A stretch of DNA of 63,973 nucleotides, filler included, from Octopus bimaculoides (GCF_001194135.2; 7 parts of 6 records of this genome joined end to end with filler, not necessarily neighbours in it); one strand, 5' to 3'; counted from the whole stretch's first letter, positions 12,201 through 24,178 are shown. Notes: a model not told the origin generated them from the letters alone. Translations and numbers: made by a program.

Positions 12201-13589
12201 TTCGCAAGTTGGAGTCAACTGCTTTCGTCGACAGCAGTATCGAACACCAGCAACTAACAGCAGGATCATGAGAACACTCACACTAAGAATGGGTAGGGGT
12301 GCCAACGTATGCGGTTCAGCGCGAAGATCTACATGGCTCGACTGCGAACGCACTGGTGAATAGCGCTGGGTTTTCGTATCGGCGCCAACAGGTCTGTAAG
12401 AATGCCCTACGATAGGAATGACTACAATTCAAATCTGTTTACGGGCAAATCTAGTGCCAGCCGGCATCACAATTCAAGTCTATCATTTTATGATTATATT
12501 ATACATTAATTTTCTTATTTTTCTTAAATTTCCATGTGTGTCCGTGATTCATTTAGCATTCATGTTATTCCGTGAAATATGTTGCTTGTTGTTTTACACT
12601 GTTTTTGAATTAATCCTGCATCACCTTGTAGCTTTCGAATTTTGACTGTTTGATAGTTTATTTTTAGAATAAGTGCTTAGGGTAAAATAAAAAAAAAAGG
12701 TAAACTATTTAGGCCAGATATGGCCGGTTGAAATGCTGAAGTTTCAGTGAGTAAGATGGTTCTTCATTTTCTCTTTTCACTTTATTTGCTTTTCTTAGAT
12801 GATTTCTTTTCTTCCTCTTTTTTTTTTTGTCATTTGCATTTCTTTGTCTTTGTAATGCTAAAAATAGTATTTCTGTCTATGTATTAGATGTGGACAAGCA
12901 AAACTTTGATCAAATTTAGTTTTTGTCTCAATCATCACGTAGATATATATATATATATGCTACTATTACCGATTGATGTTTGTAGTATATGTCACATTCA
13001 GCAATGAACAGATGGTAATGATGCCTTGAATATATTGTAATATGTAAAAAATTCGCATTAATCAATCGTCTCTTATTAATATATATGTCGATGTGAGTTT
13101 TGTTTGTGGGTGATTGGTGGTATATCTTACAGGATGAAAATGTACTCACAACCTCTCACATAATGAAACTTGGGGAGACCATATGCACCAACACAAGCCT
13201 TTCAGAATGCTGCATATAACGTCCATACTACCTTTACTGAATATTTGGTGAATCGATGTAAATATAAAGCATACAATCGAAGCAGGTTTGCATACAGTCT
13301 GTGTGTATTCTATAAAGCAATAATCTGGGATATTTTCAACTCTCAAGAAGCATGACACGTGAGAACATTTCAGGCGGTAATTCTTCTAAATTCTTTTCAA
13401 GCGGATGCTATGCATTCGACAATTCTCTGCTGTGACAAATCTCTAGAGGCGATTTCTCTCCTTGAATGATATATTACGTTACTATTTCTATAGCAAAATC
13501 AACAACAAGCCCGAAAACAACAAAAGAAACAACGACAACGTTATCAATGATAATAACATTACTGATAACAATAAAGCACATACAACCAC

Positions 13590-13900
13590 CTACAGGAAGG
13601 GAATTTGGGGAAACATAAACGAACACATGCTTTCCATTATGTTACAGATACCATCGTTTGGAATTTCAGTATACATGCTAAAAGACATATTCAAACTAAC
13701 CGACCAGATATCATTTAGTAGAATCATAAGCAACGTTTTCGCTTGACATTGCGTCTTCAGCTTACAAAAGCACGTCACTGAAAATGGTTGAGAAACTGAC
13801 CAGAACAAACAGTGTAGCATCTTAAAACAGCGGCATTGCATTTTTTTCTGTGGAGATTGGAATGATGTCAAAAGGAGAAAACAAATATACAGAGTGCCAA
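13590..13900 (+). mobile_element. Degraded R4/Dong-like non-LTR retroelement, restriction-like endonuclease fragment
   Basis: Frameshifted translation gives TIVWNFSIHAKRHIQTNRPDII and LDIASSAYKSTSLKMVEKL. This matches the RLE motif series W.F.I.TD..I..NRPDI...IDIA.P seen intact at 24149-24560(-). Confidence 0.6.
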
Positions 13901-14199
13901 AATAACGAAATTGTAAAACTTAAAATGTAGTATACCTCATAAATTTTACTTAAGTTCTTCACCATTAAAATAGTCGAATGCATTCATATGCATTATGAAT
14001 GTACATGAGGATATATTTCTTTTTAGAACTAGCTATCTTTTTCACTTGAACGGCGGCACACTTATTTGCATTGTTCCACGAAGAAAGTAACGCCCTCGGT
14101 TAAGACTTGTGTACACCTTAAGGTTTTCAATTAGGGATAACTTCATGATTTCGGTTAGGACTTTAAAGCTATATCGAACTGTTATCATAATAATTCTTT

Positions 14200-14395
14200 C
14201 GAAATTTGGCACAACACCAGTTATTAGTGAGTAGATATCTGATTACGTTGACTCCATTATTGTGCTGGTACTTATTTCATTGACTTCAAAATGATGAAAG
14301 GGCAAGTTGAGCACTGAGGCGTTTGAGCTCATGATCTTAAAGCCGTTTAAATGCAGCCGAATGCTGTTGTCAGGTGTGCTAACAATCTTCCATCT
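14200..14395 (-). mobile_element. Degraded SINE of the family seen at 24720-24890
   Basis: TTTGGCACAA...CTGGTACTTATTT...GATGAAAGGGCAAG is the reverse complement of the core at 24750-24880. Confidence 0.55.
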
Positions 14396-15129
14396 CATCG
14401 TTGAGGTAATGAGGACAGTGTTAATAACAATGATGTGTGGGAGGACAAGGTCGAAATGGAGGAAGCGGATAATAAGTATTACATAGCTGTAAACCTATAT
14501 TTAAGTATACAAATACCTCTCCCTTTTTCAAAATATCATTCAAAGTTTTAGCGATATATATGTGTTGTAATGTGTAAGCTTATCTCTGTCTCTTCTCTCT
14601 CTATGACGAACGAACGAATACTGGATGCGTATGGTAAGACATAGGAAAGACATTTATATTCAACAACATTCATAAAATATCACAATTGAGAGCAATAAAC
14701 AAAATTGAAAGGACTACGGAAGTAGATGTTATCGAAACATTACAAATTACAAAAGAAAAGAAACAAATACATAACCTTAAGAAAATACAATTCTATTTCT
14801 AATTATTCTATCATCGCTATTCTATTTATTCAACGTACTTGTTTTCATCTCTGACTTCTCTTTCAAACTAATCATTATACGCAAAAATGAAATGTTTTTT
14901 TTTCTATTTATATGTTGGCATACGCATATACATATGTTTGTGTGTGCATATGTGAATATATGTTTATATGTGTGTGTGTGAGAGTATGTGATGTAGTGTG
15001 AGTGTGTCTGCGCACGAGAGTGCGTACGTGCGTGTGCGTGTGTGCGTGTGATTTTGTGTGTGTTTGCAAAACGTGGTTTGCTTTATCTCGTATCTGAGAA
15101 TTTATTTTCCTCTTAGCTGAAAGTTTCCT

Positions 15130-15590
15130 TCGTGGTGGTGCCATTGACGACTCTGCAGACCAATTCTTGCATTGAAGAACCGATGGCATTGACTACATGG
15201 TTACGTTGGTGGAGAACTTGGTTCATTTTGTCAAGACTTGCTCTCTTGTTCTTTGACTGCTTCCTTTCCTTCTCTGGTGGCTTTGAACCTATTAGTACCT
15301 ACGGTGAGGGAACACCGCCACTATGTTACGTTCACGGGCTTGCATTTCAAAGGATTTAGGCTCAGTTCCAAGGGATTTCAGTGTTGCTTTAAGCTGGTCT
15401 TTGTATCTTCGAAGAAGGCAACCTGGTAGCCTTTTTCCTGAGGTGAGCTCACTGGACAAGACTTGGGGTAGGAATCTTGACGGTTGCATACTTGATACCT
15501 ACCCAGACCATCGAAGATGTTACACGATCGACGATTCAATACTTTCACAGTTGGCTCTTTGCAAGACATTGCTGTTGATTACATAATGTT
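15130..15590 (-). mobile_element. RTE-clade LINE 3' coding remnant
   Basis: Translates as HLRWSG*VSSMQPSRFLPQVLSSELTSGKRLPGCLLRRYKDQLKATLK, a typical RTE post-RT region. It ends in PCSQCHRFFNARIGLQSRQWHH, a C-terminal Cys/His finger-like motif. Confidence 0.75.
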
Positions 15591-15810
15591 CCCATTACAT
15601 ACTCAAGATTGATCGAAGCCTCATGTAGTAGGCATTAGCATCCCTACTAGTGACATAAACATGCGTTCCTTTTTGCTCAAAAAGATTCTATGGAACTTTT
15701 ATCGTGGCATCCACTACAGTATAATATTTTTTCTAATAGAATAACTACGTTTAGGTGGAGACAGATGTTACTTCTCAGTATTAATGCTGTCACGGTCGCT
15801 ATTATATATA

Positions 15811-15910
15811 NNNNNNNNNNNNNNNNNNNNNNNNNNNNNNNNNNNNNNNNNNNNTTAATTAATTAANNNNNNNNNNNNNNNNNNNNNNNNNNNNNNNNNN
15901 NNNNNNNNNN
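15811..15910. other. Artificial scaffold spacer (N44-TTAATTAATTAA-N44)
   Basis: 100-nt spacer with a six-frame-stop 12-mer; recurs six times in the window. Confidence 0.95.
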
Positions 15911-15958
<48 letters not shown>

Positions 15959-15983
15959 TGTATGTATGTATGTATGTATGTAT

Positions 15984-16379
15984 AGGGGCAGGAGTGGCTG
16001 TGTGTTAAGAAGCTTGCTTCCGGATCACATGGTTCCGGGTTCAGTCCCATTGCGTTGCACTTTGGGCAAGTGTCTCATACTATATACCAAAGCCATGTGA
16101 TTATATTTGGTAGGCGGAAACTGAAAGAAGCCCGTCGTATATATATATATATGTGTGTGTATATGTGTGTGTGAATTTGTGTGTCTGTGTTTGTCACCGC
16201 CGTCGCTTGACAACCGATATCGTTGTGTTAACGTCCCTGTAAGCTAGTGATTCGGCAAAAGAGATTGGTATAATAAGTACTAGCCTTACAAAGAATAAGT
16301 CTTGGTGTCAAATTGTTCGACTAAAGGCGGAGCTCCAGCATAGCCGCAGTCAAATGAATGAAAGAGGTAAAAGAATTAA

Positions 16380-16382
<3 letters not shown>
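15984..16382 (+). mobile_element. Full-length bipartite tRNA-derived SINE with an internal (TA)/(TG) tract
   Basis: A-box-like GTGGCTGTGTG and B-box-like GGTTCAGTCCC. The 3' half (AATAAGTACTAG...CCAGCATAGCCGCAGTCAAATGA) recurs at 21705-21862, 23420-23602 and 58130-58456. Confidence 0.75.
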
Positions 16383-16422
<40 letters not shown>

Positions 16423-16754
16423 NNNNNNNNNNNNNNNNNNNNNNNNNNNNNNNNNNNNNNNNNNNNNNNNNNNNNNNNNNNNNNNNNNNNNNNNNNNNNN
16501 NNNNNNNNNNNNNNNNNNNNNNNNNNNNNNNNNNNNNNNNNNNNNNNNNNNNNNNNNNNNNNNNNNNNNNNNNNNNNNNNNNNNNNNNNNNNNNNNNNNN
16601 NNNNNNNNNNNNNNNNNNNNNNNNNNNNNNNNNNNNNNNNNNNNNNNNNNNNNNNNNNNNNNNNNNNNNNNNNNNNNNNNNNNNNNNNNNNNNNNNNNNN
16701 NNNNNNNNNNNNNNNNNNNNNNNNNNNNNNNNNNNNNNNNNNNNNNNNAGAAAG

Positions 16755-16811
<57 letters not shown>

Positions 16812-18083
16812 CAGGGTGCGATTTGTAAATTATCGCCATTTTATATTTTTAGTTTCGCGTTTGTTTTTGATTTTGTCGGCTACACAGTATAGTAGGATCA
16901 GTTGGGCACGGTCTGTGAGAAAAACAGCACTATGACGTAGTTCGGTCTGCCAAAAATTTAGAAACTACATGCTGTACTGCTTGGTATTCGCGCCGGAAGC
17001 TCCAGTACAAACATTTCAGTGTGTTTGGGTGTCAATCTGAGGACAGTGCAGAAGATTCGGAAAGAGTTGAATGAGTCTAATGGTGATTATGAAGGTATGG
17101 TAATACGGAAAACTCACTTTAATCGTACTGACAAGAAAAGAACTCCTGAATTTGTCGGTGAGATCCAGATCATAATCCAAGTCAATAAGATCCATTGCTA
17201 GGGACATGGAAGTGTTTGAGTTTCTGAATAGGCAGGTAGTACATGAAGACATTCGGTATTCCTCATACAAGATGAGAAAGGGCCAATTTTTATCCCAAAC
17301 CGTCAAGGACAAGAGGAAAGATCGCGCCACGAAGCTTTTGAACAAACTCAAGCATCTTCTCCAACTGAGAATGCTCTGGTTTTTCTCAGACGAGAAAATT
17401 TTCTACGAGGATCAGATGGTGAACACACAGAACAACCGTTCGCTTGCTGTGTCCCCAAAACATGTACCGAGAGTGATAAAAATTAAACATTCAGTCAACA
17501 TCATGGTGTTTGGAGTAGTCACCAGTGATGGTGACGTTATGGCACCATTCATCTTTCCAAAACGCCTCAGACTCAACATGGTGGCCTACATCAAGTGCTT
17601 GGTGGAGGTAGTGCTGCCCTGGATTACGAGAGTGGCTGCTTGAAGACCCCACCTATGTCTGGCAACAGGACTCTGCACCATGCCAAACAAGCAAGTGAAC
17701 CCAGTCAATGCTGTCAGAAAACTTCTGCGACCATATCACCCCTAACGTCTGGTCACCTAACTCCCTAGAGTGCAACCTCCTTGATTATCATGCGTGGGGC
17801 GTAGTTGAGCAAGAGACCAACAAAACTCCTTGTAACCCCAAAGATGAACTGAAGGCAAGGATTATGGCAGTATTCACCAACTTAAATAAGGAAACCGTCC
17901 AGAAGAGTTACAGCAAATTCCGAAGTCGTCTGGAGGCCTTGGTTGAAGCGAAAGGCGATTTTATTGAATAAATTTACTCTTTAGAATTTCAAAATATTTT
18001 AGTAAATATATCTGTTAAAATGAGATGTCAGAGTTATTTTCATTTTTACGTAATTTAAACGACAATTTATTCACCGCCCCTTA
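16812..18083 (+). mobile_element. Near full-length Tc1/mariner element, DD37D (maT) family, with a pseudogenised transposase
   Basis: Motifs WFFSDEK, VWQQDSAP and WSPNSLECNLLDY, with 37 codons counted between the second and third Asp. Stops and frameshifts are present. Imperfect TIRs: CAGGGTGCGATTTGTAAATTATCG versus the reverse complement of 18060-18083 (16/24 by eye). The left end is preceded by TA. Confidence 0.88.
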
Positions 18084-18895
18084 CATATATATATATATAT
18101 ATATATATAAATAATTTAGAACAAACAGTAAGTTGTCATTATAGTACTCGGAGTTTCGAATGTCGGAGCGAAAAGCTACGATGTATTCTCGTCGGCTATT
18201 AATGGCAATAAACACTATGAAAAAGCGTTGAATAAAAGGGAAGTTACTCTAATAGGTAGAAAAAGAAAAGGAGAAAAAGATAAATAATACAAGTAACCAC
18301 AATTCTTACAATACATAGACATAAACCTCCTACGTTCATAACGTCTACATATGTACACACTCACACAAACATGTGTATGGACATGCACATGCACACACAA
18401 ATATATATGAGCATGTACGTACTCATACATATACACATGTCCACACACACGCACATATATATGTGTGTGTGTGTGCGTGTGTGTGTATGTGTACGCAACT
18501 TCATCCTCATATACACATAGTTGTTTGCATGCATACACATAACAAAATATATATTTAGACATTTATGCATATAAATATAAGTATTTATATATATACAGGC
18601 ATTTATTCACAGTCCCGCATACACGTATATGCATAAATATATGTACACACGCACACATATATACACACGCACACACATATACATATAAAATACATACATA
18701 CGCATATACTGACACACGTACGCATTCACACAGTTAAAAAGGAAAAAAAGAAAAAAGTGAAAAAATATATATAAAAGATAAAAACTAAAAGACGTTAAGG
18801 CATATAGGAAACTTTTATGCACAAGTCCCCTTCATTTATACGGATATGCATGTTTGTATATGTGCGGGTGTAAGTGTGTGATATGAGGATGTATA

Positions 18896-18961
<66 letters not shown>

Positions 18962-20783
18962 CATATATATATATAGCCACAAATTCCACTGGTAGTGTAA
19001 CAATAACAACATAAACTTCTGTGGGATACATTTATCTAGAACATGTCAAGTGCCATTAAGACTGCTTCCTAAAGCTAATATAGCACAGTCTCTATCTCCC
19101 CAGTCTTTTCCATCCAACAATGCTCCTTACGAAAATATGTTTCTGGCGATTTGACAATGAGTCTTAATTATGTAACTAATAATCGCCTTATGTTAATGAA
19201 ATGTACGTAAGATGGTGGCATTAAATATATTATAAACTATTTGTATGCATGCATGTACGTATGTATGTATGTATGTATATACCCACGCGCGCGCACGCAC
19301 ACACACACACACACACACATATGCATTACAGACACTTATAATCATAAAGTTAGAATGATGTCTGCAAATCAAATCAAAAAAGTGTTCAACATGTTTGAAG
19401 TCAGAGGGTATTATTTCATACGGCAATGTTTACTTACAATTGGGATAAAACTAGATCTTTCATCTGGAGGACAGTGAATGTGTGTATGCATGTGTCTATG
19501 TATGCATGCATGCGTGCATGTGCGTATGTATGTGATTGTATGTGCAGGTATGTGTATAAATGTGCGTGTGTTTGTGAGTTTACGTGCGTGTTTGTGTTTG
19601 TGAGAGTGGCACTTTCATACATGTTGGGTTTGTGTAGCTATATTTATATAATGTGTATAATATTTGCAATGGAATATTGATTAGTCCGTTTGAACATTCA
19701 TAGAGCTCTTAAGTCCAACGAGGCCATTGTAAATGAAAACATACAGCAAATGAAAAACATACGAGTGTATGCTGCAATATACTCTATATAAATTATGTGT
19801 GCACATATGCCTCTGTGTGTGTATTTGTGTGTGTGTCTGTGTCTGCGTCTGTGTGTGTGTCTGTGTACATTTACGAGCACACCTATGGGTGGATGTGAAT
19901 GTACCAATCTTTACATCATATCTTAAATTAATTTATTACCATTTCTCAGCGAGCTTGATCAAGCACAAACGGAATTGAATTAAGATCAATACATACACAA
20001 TTATATATGTGTGTGTGCAAATATATATGTGTATATATATATATATATNNNNNNNNNNNNNNNNNNNNNNNNNNNNNNNNNNNNNNNNNNNNNNNNNNNN
20101 NNNNNNNNNNNNNNNNNNNNNNNNNNNNNNNNNNNNNNNNNNNNNNNNNNNNNNNNNNNNNNNNNNNNNNNNNNNNNNNNNNNNNNNNNNNNNNNNNNNN
20201 NNNNNNNNNNNNNNNNNNNNNNNNNNNNNNNNNNNNNNNNNNNNNNNNNNNNNNNNNNNNNNNNNNNNNNNNNNNNNNNNNNNNNNNNNNNNNNNNNNNN
20301 NNNNNNNNNNNNNNNNNNNNNNNNNNNNNNNNNNNNNNNNNNNNNNNNNNNNNNNNNNNNNNNNNNNNNNNNNNNNNNNNNNNNNNNNNNNNNNNNNNNN
20401 NNNNNNNNNNNNNNNNNNNNNNNNNNNNNNNNNNNNNNNNNNNNNNNNNNNNNNNNNNNNNNNNNNNNNNNNNNNNNNNNNNNNNNNNNNNNNNNNNNNN
20501 NNNNNNNNNNNNNNNNNNNNNNNNNNNNNNNNNNNNNNNNNNNNNNNNNNNNNNNNNNNNNNNNNNNNNNNNNNNNNNNNNNNNNNNNNNNNNNNNNNNN
20601 NNNNNNNNNNNNNNNNNNNNNNNNNNNNNNNNNNNNNNNNNNNNNNNNNNNNNNNNNNNNNNNNNNNNNNNNNNNNNNNNNNNNNNNNNNNNNNNNNNNN
20701 NNNNNNNNNNNNNNNNNNNNNNNNNNNNNNNNNNNNNNNNNNNNNNNNNNNNNNNNNNNNNNNNNNNNNNNNNNNNNNNNNNN

Positions 20784-21088
20784 GTTTATTGAGTGAAAAC
20801 ACCTAAAGCTCCACGAGGCTCCGGCAGGAGATGGTGGCGAACCCTGCTGTACTCTTTCACCACAACTTTCGCTCACTCTTACTTCCTGTTTCTGTTGTGC
20901 CTGTAATTCAAAGGGTCAGCTTTGTCACACTGTGTCACGCTGAATCTCCCCGAGAACTACGTTAAGGGTACACGTGTCTGTGGAGTGCTCAGCCACTTGC
21001 ACATTAATTTCTCGAGCAGGCTGTTCCGTTGATCGGATCAACTGGAACCCTCGACGTCGTAAGCGACGGAGTGCCAACAACAACAATG
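20784..21088 (+). mobile_element. Young SINE-like element with a (CAA)n tail
   Basis: About 96% identical (12 differences in ~290 nt, manual count) to 55715-56010(-); ends in GGAGTGCCAACAACAACAA. Confidence 0.8.
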
Positions 21089-21224
21089 TATGTATGCATA
21101 CATATGCGCATATCATTGTATACACGTACGCATACATACAATCGCGTAAACATATAAATTTTGGCTCCAGGCCAGCAATTTCTGAGGAGGGGATCAGTCA
21201 ATTACATCAACTGTGGAAAACGCG

Positions 21225-21343
21225 TTTGACTGATGCATTGCTTCAAATGGAGAATACTTTGAACGTGGTGAACGTGTAAATATGTAAAATTTAGTGAATA
21301 AAATGATATTGCAAAATTCCGGTTTCTTTTGGATACCCCTTGT
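21225..21343 (+). mobile_element. Mariner 3' end with TIR
   Basis: Translates CIASNGEYFE, the mariner C-terminus. It is followed by TTCCGGTTTCTTTTGGATACCCC, similar to the TIR at 22318-22346. Confidence 0.6.
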
Positions 21344-21510
21344 GTCTTTGTATGTATGTATGTATGCATGTATGTATGTATGCATGTATGTATGTATGTA
21401 TGTATGTATGTATGTATGTAGTTGAAATTTATAGAAAAACAAAAGACAAAGACAGTTATATGAACAACAAGCAAGTGTATTAGTTTGACGCTCGGGTAAA
21501 ATGAAAAAGT

Positions 21511-21546
21511 CTTTTACGTTTCGAGCCTACGCTCTTCAACAGAAAG
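21511..21546 (-). ncRNA. Hammerhead-like module with a core variant (CUGUUGA) in a PLE-type repeat
   Basis: Minus strand reads CTTT-CTGTTGA-A-GAGC-GTAG-GCTC-GAAA-CGT-A-AAAG. All three stems can form; position 6 is U instead of A. Confidence 0.45.
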
Positions 21547-21631
21547 GAATAAGAGAAAATAAACAGAGAGAATGAAAAAAACTTGTGGAGTTCAGCTGTC
21601 TAACATGGCGAATGTATGCATGTGTGTGTGT

Positions 21632-21704
<73 letters not shown>

Positions 21705-21715
<11 letters not shown>

Positions 21716-21862
21716 CTGCGTTTGTCCCCCCACAGCTTGACGGCTCGGCTAAAGATCGTTAGAATAAGTACTAGGCTTAAAAACAGTACCAGTATCGATT
21801 CATGCAACAAAAAGTTTTTCCAGATGTTGCCCCAGCATGGCTGTAGTCTAATGACTGAAACT
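21705..21862 (+). mobile_element. SINE 3' half following a (TG)n tract
   Basis: AGAATAAGTACTAGGCTT...CCCCAGCATGGCTGTAGTCTAATGACTGAAAC is similar to 16260-16360. Confidence 0.6.
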
Positions 21863-21864
21863 CA

Positions 21865-22346
21865 CGAGTGAGGAGGGCTCGGTGACAGGGTGCATTGTCG
21901 TCGTGAGGAATCCAATTTTTCGCGCTCTACAGATCCGGTCACTTTCGCCGAATGTACTTTCTCAAATGCTTCAAAAAGTCACATTTGATGGTTTGGCCCT
22001 GGGTGAAGAATTCTTGATTCACAATACCACATTTCCGGGAGTGATGCTCGTTGCAGGTCTTCTACATTGCTCATCGTCTTCCAGAGACGTTCTTTTGCTT
22101 TTAAAGCGTCCGTGCCACTCGAAACATTGCGTACGACCCATTGCCTCGTCACCGTAAGTTTGCTGAAGCATACTCAATATATGTGTTGCAGACTTCTCAT
22201 GTTTAATGCAAAATTTCACATTAGCTCTTTGTTCTTGTCTATGACAAAATCGCAGACTACAGCATACACATGATTACAAAAGTACAAATTTCACAACCAT
22301 ATGCTGCTACAGAACTAGTCCGGATACTTTTTGATACCACCTCGTA
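21865..22346 (-). mobile_element. Internally deleted mariner (5' TIR, HTH, then part of the catalytic domain)
   Basis: KFCIKHEKSATHILSMLQQTYGDEAMGRTQCFEWHGRFKS is joined directly to IVNQEFF...KNWIPHDDNAPCHRALLTRE. TIR is TA-CGAGGTGGTATCAAAAAGTATCCGG. Confidence 0.85.
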
Positions 22347-22480
22347 TATATTTACATATATATATATATATCTACACATCTATGTATATGCATACACACA
22401 TACACACTCATACATTTACATACATATGCATACATACACACACACACACACAAATATACATACATACACATATACATACA

Positions 22481-23134
22481 TCTATATATATATAAAACAA
22501 AAACTGTGTGTATGTGTGCGTGTGTGTGTGTGTGTGTGTGCGTGTGTGTGGGTGTGTGTGGTGTGTGTGTGTGCGTGTGCAAGTTTGAAGGTTTATAACT
22601 CGAGTTCCACCGAACTGATTCGATTGAAATTTCAGACATGCATTTGATATGTTCCGAGGCATGTTTTAGTCATAACAACTGCTTCCATCAATGTTCGGTT
22701 TTCACAAAAACTCGATCGATAATTATCGATTTTTTCCAAAAAGTCGTCCGATTTTGATCAAACTTGAGATTCATATGCATTCTTACCCAAGGTTTTTCGC
22801 CCTTTTGAGGGCGACATTCCAACTGTTGACCATAAACTTCCTTCAACTGGGAGCAATCTATCGCTCAAACAGTTCCCTCTTAGGAAACGCTGAAATTGTT
22901 CAACTCGTTCTCTTCCTCTACGTTTATCTGTGTACTTCATTCTATGGCTTCATTCGCAAGTGTATGGTTCTAATCTGCGCTAGGCCGAGGAGTAACGTGT
23001 TGAAATCAGAAGAGTATTGCGCGAACGCGGTAGCCGGATAGGGCTCAAAAAATTTTCTCAAGTGTAAGGCCTCATCATTCCGCACTTGAATGGTAATTTA
23101 TTAAGACCCGTGCAACGCCGGGTACTACTGCTAG
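22481..23134 (+). mobile_element. Apparently complete non-autonomous Helitron (654 bp)
   Basis: 5' end is A|TCTATATATATATAAAA. The 3' end has hairpin ACCCG-TGCAACGC-CGGGT (23106-23123), then CTAG (23131-23134)|T. It sits between A and T and has an internal (GT)n tract. Confidence 0.7.
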
Positions 23135-23419
23135 TGTACATATATGATTCAACTGCGTTTCAGTTTATTCTTTCTAATTAATGATTTTTCATATTTTTAT
23201 ATTAGTCCTTTATGTTTAGTTTGCAATAATACCGTTTCTAATCCATTTCTCGACCTCATTGATAATAGTGCTGTTGTTGGTTCATTTTTGTTGTAGCTTC
23301 CAATGGGCGTATTTATGTTGCTGTAGCTGTTGGTTTTAGATTGCTTGCGACCACTGTCATAGATTATTTCTGCTGGAATGGTGTGTTTATCTTGGGAATG
23401 TATTTTGTCATTAATAAAA

Positions 23420-23602
23420 CTCCTTAGCTACCTTTGTTCTTTATTTTGTATCTTTTAATTGTTTCGGTCATTAGACTGCGGCCATGCTGTGGCACCGCTT
23501 TGAAGAATTTTAGACGAACGAATCGACCCCAGTACTTCTTTCCTATTTTTTTAAAGCCTGGTTCTAATTTCATCGGACAGTTTTGCCGAACCGGTAGGTT
23601 AT
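23420..23602 (-). mobile_element. SINE 3' half truncated at a scaffold end
   Basis: GGTCATTAGACTGCGGCCATGCTG...AATCGACCCCAGTAC is the reverse complement of the SINE tail at 16300-16360. Confidence 0.65.
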
Positions 23603-23702
23603 NNNNNNNNNNNNNNNNNNNNNNNNNNNNNNNNNNNNNNNNNNNNTTAATTAATTAANNNNNNNNNNNNNNNNNNNNNNNNNNNNNNNNNNNNNNNNNN
23701 NN
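23603..23702. other. Artificial scaffold spacer
   Basis: N44-TTAATTAATTAA-N44. Confidence 0.95.
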
Positions 23703-23734
23703 AATAATAATAATAATAATAATAATAGTAATAA

Positions 23735-24178
23735 TCTGTCAAGACCTACCAAAAACTGAGCAAATATAAAGATCTTGAAATAGAAATTAGCAAAATGTGG
23801 AATCTGAAGACGAAAACAATACCTATTGTCATAGGTGGCCTGGGAATGACAGCGAAATGGGCTGATTACTACCTAGCTCAGATACCAGGAAACCCCAAAA
23901 TGGCTGAAGTTCAAAAGATAGTGCTCATGGGAACTGCCCATATCCTAGGTAAAATACTGTCTCTGTGATCTCAAATTTTAAAACAAACACAATTTTCTTA
24001 TGGTTTCTTAAACATTCTCTAGAACAACACTCTACAAACTCAAATATATGGTACACTAGGCATAACACCTACATGAACTTCTAACTTGTTGTCTCTTGAG
24101 GTCTCCGGGTGAGACTTGGATCCAACTTGTACAAATGCAAAGCAAAAGTCAAACATAAAATAATAATAATAATAATAC
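23735..24178 (+). mobile_element. 5'-truncated R4/Dong-like element 3' end embedded in (AAT)n
   Basis: Open frame 23741-23968 reads KTYQKLSKYKDLEIEISKMWNLKTKTIPIVIGGLG...VQKIVLMGTAHILGKILSL*. A 3' UTR follows, then (AAT)n; (AAT)n also lies upstream. Confidence 0.8.

Noticed and set aside
13146-13358. Short ORFs on both strands with a GTGAGT donor
   Set aside because: No recognisable homology, and the signals are within chance expectation.
20800-20850. Possible HDV-like ribozyme (CTCCACG...GGCGAA) in the young SINE
   Set aside because: By eye GCAGGG pairs locally with CCCTGC as a simple hairpin. The nested double-pseudoknot order could not be built, and the 5' part is missing.
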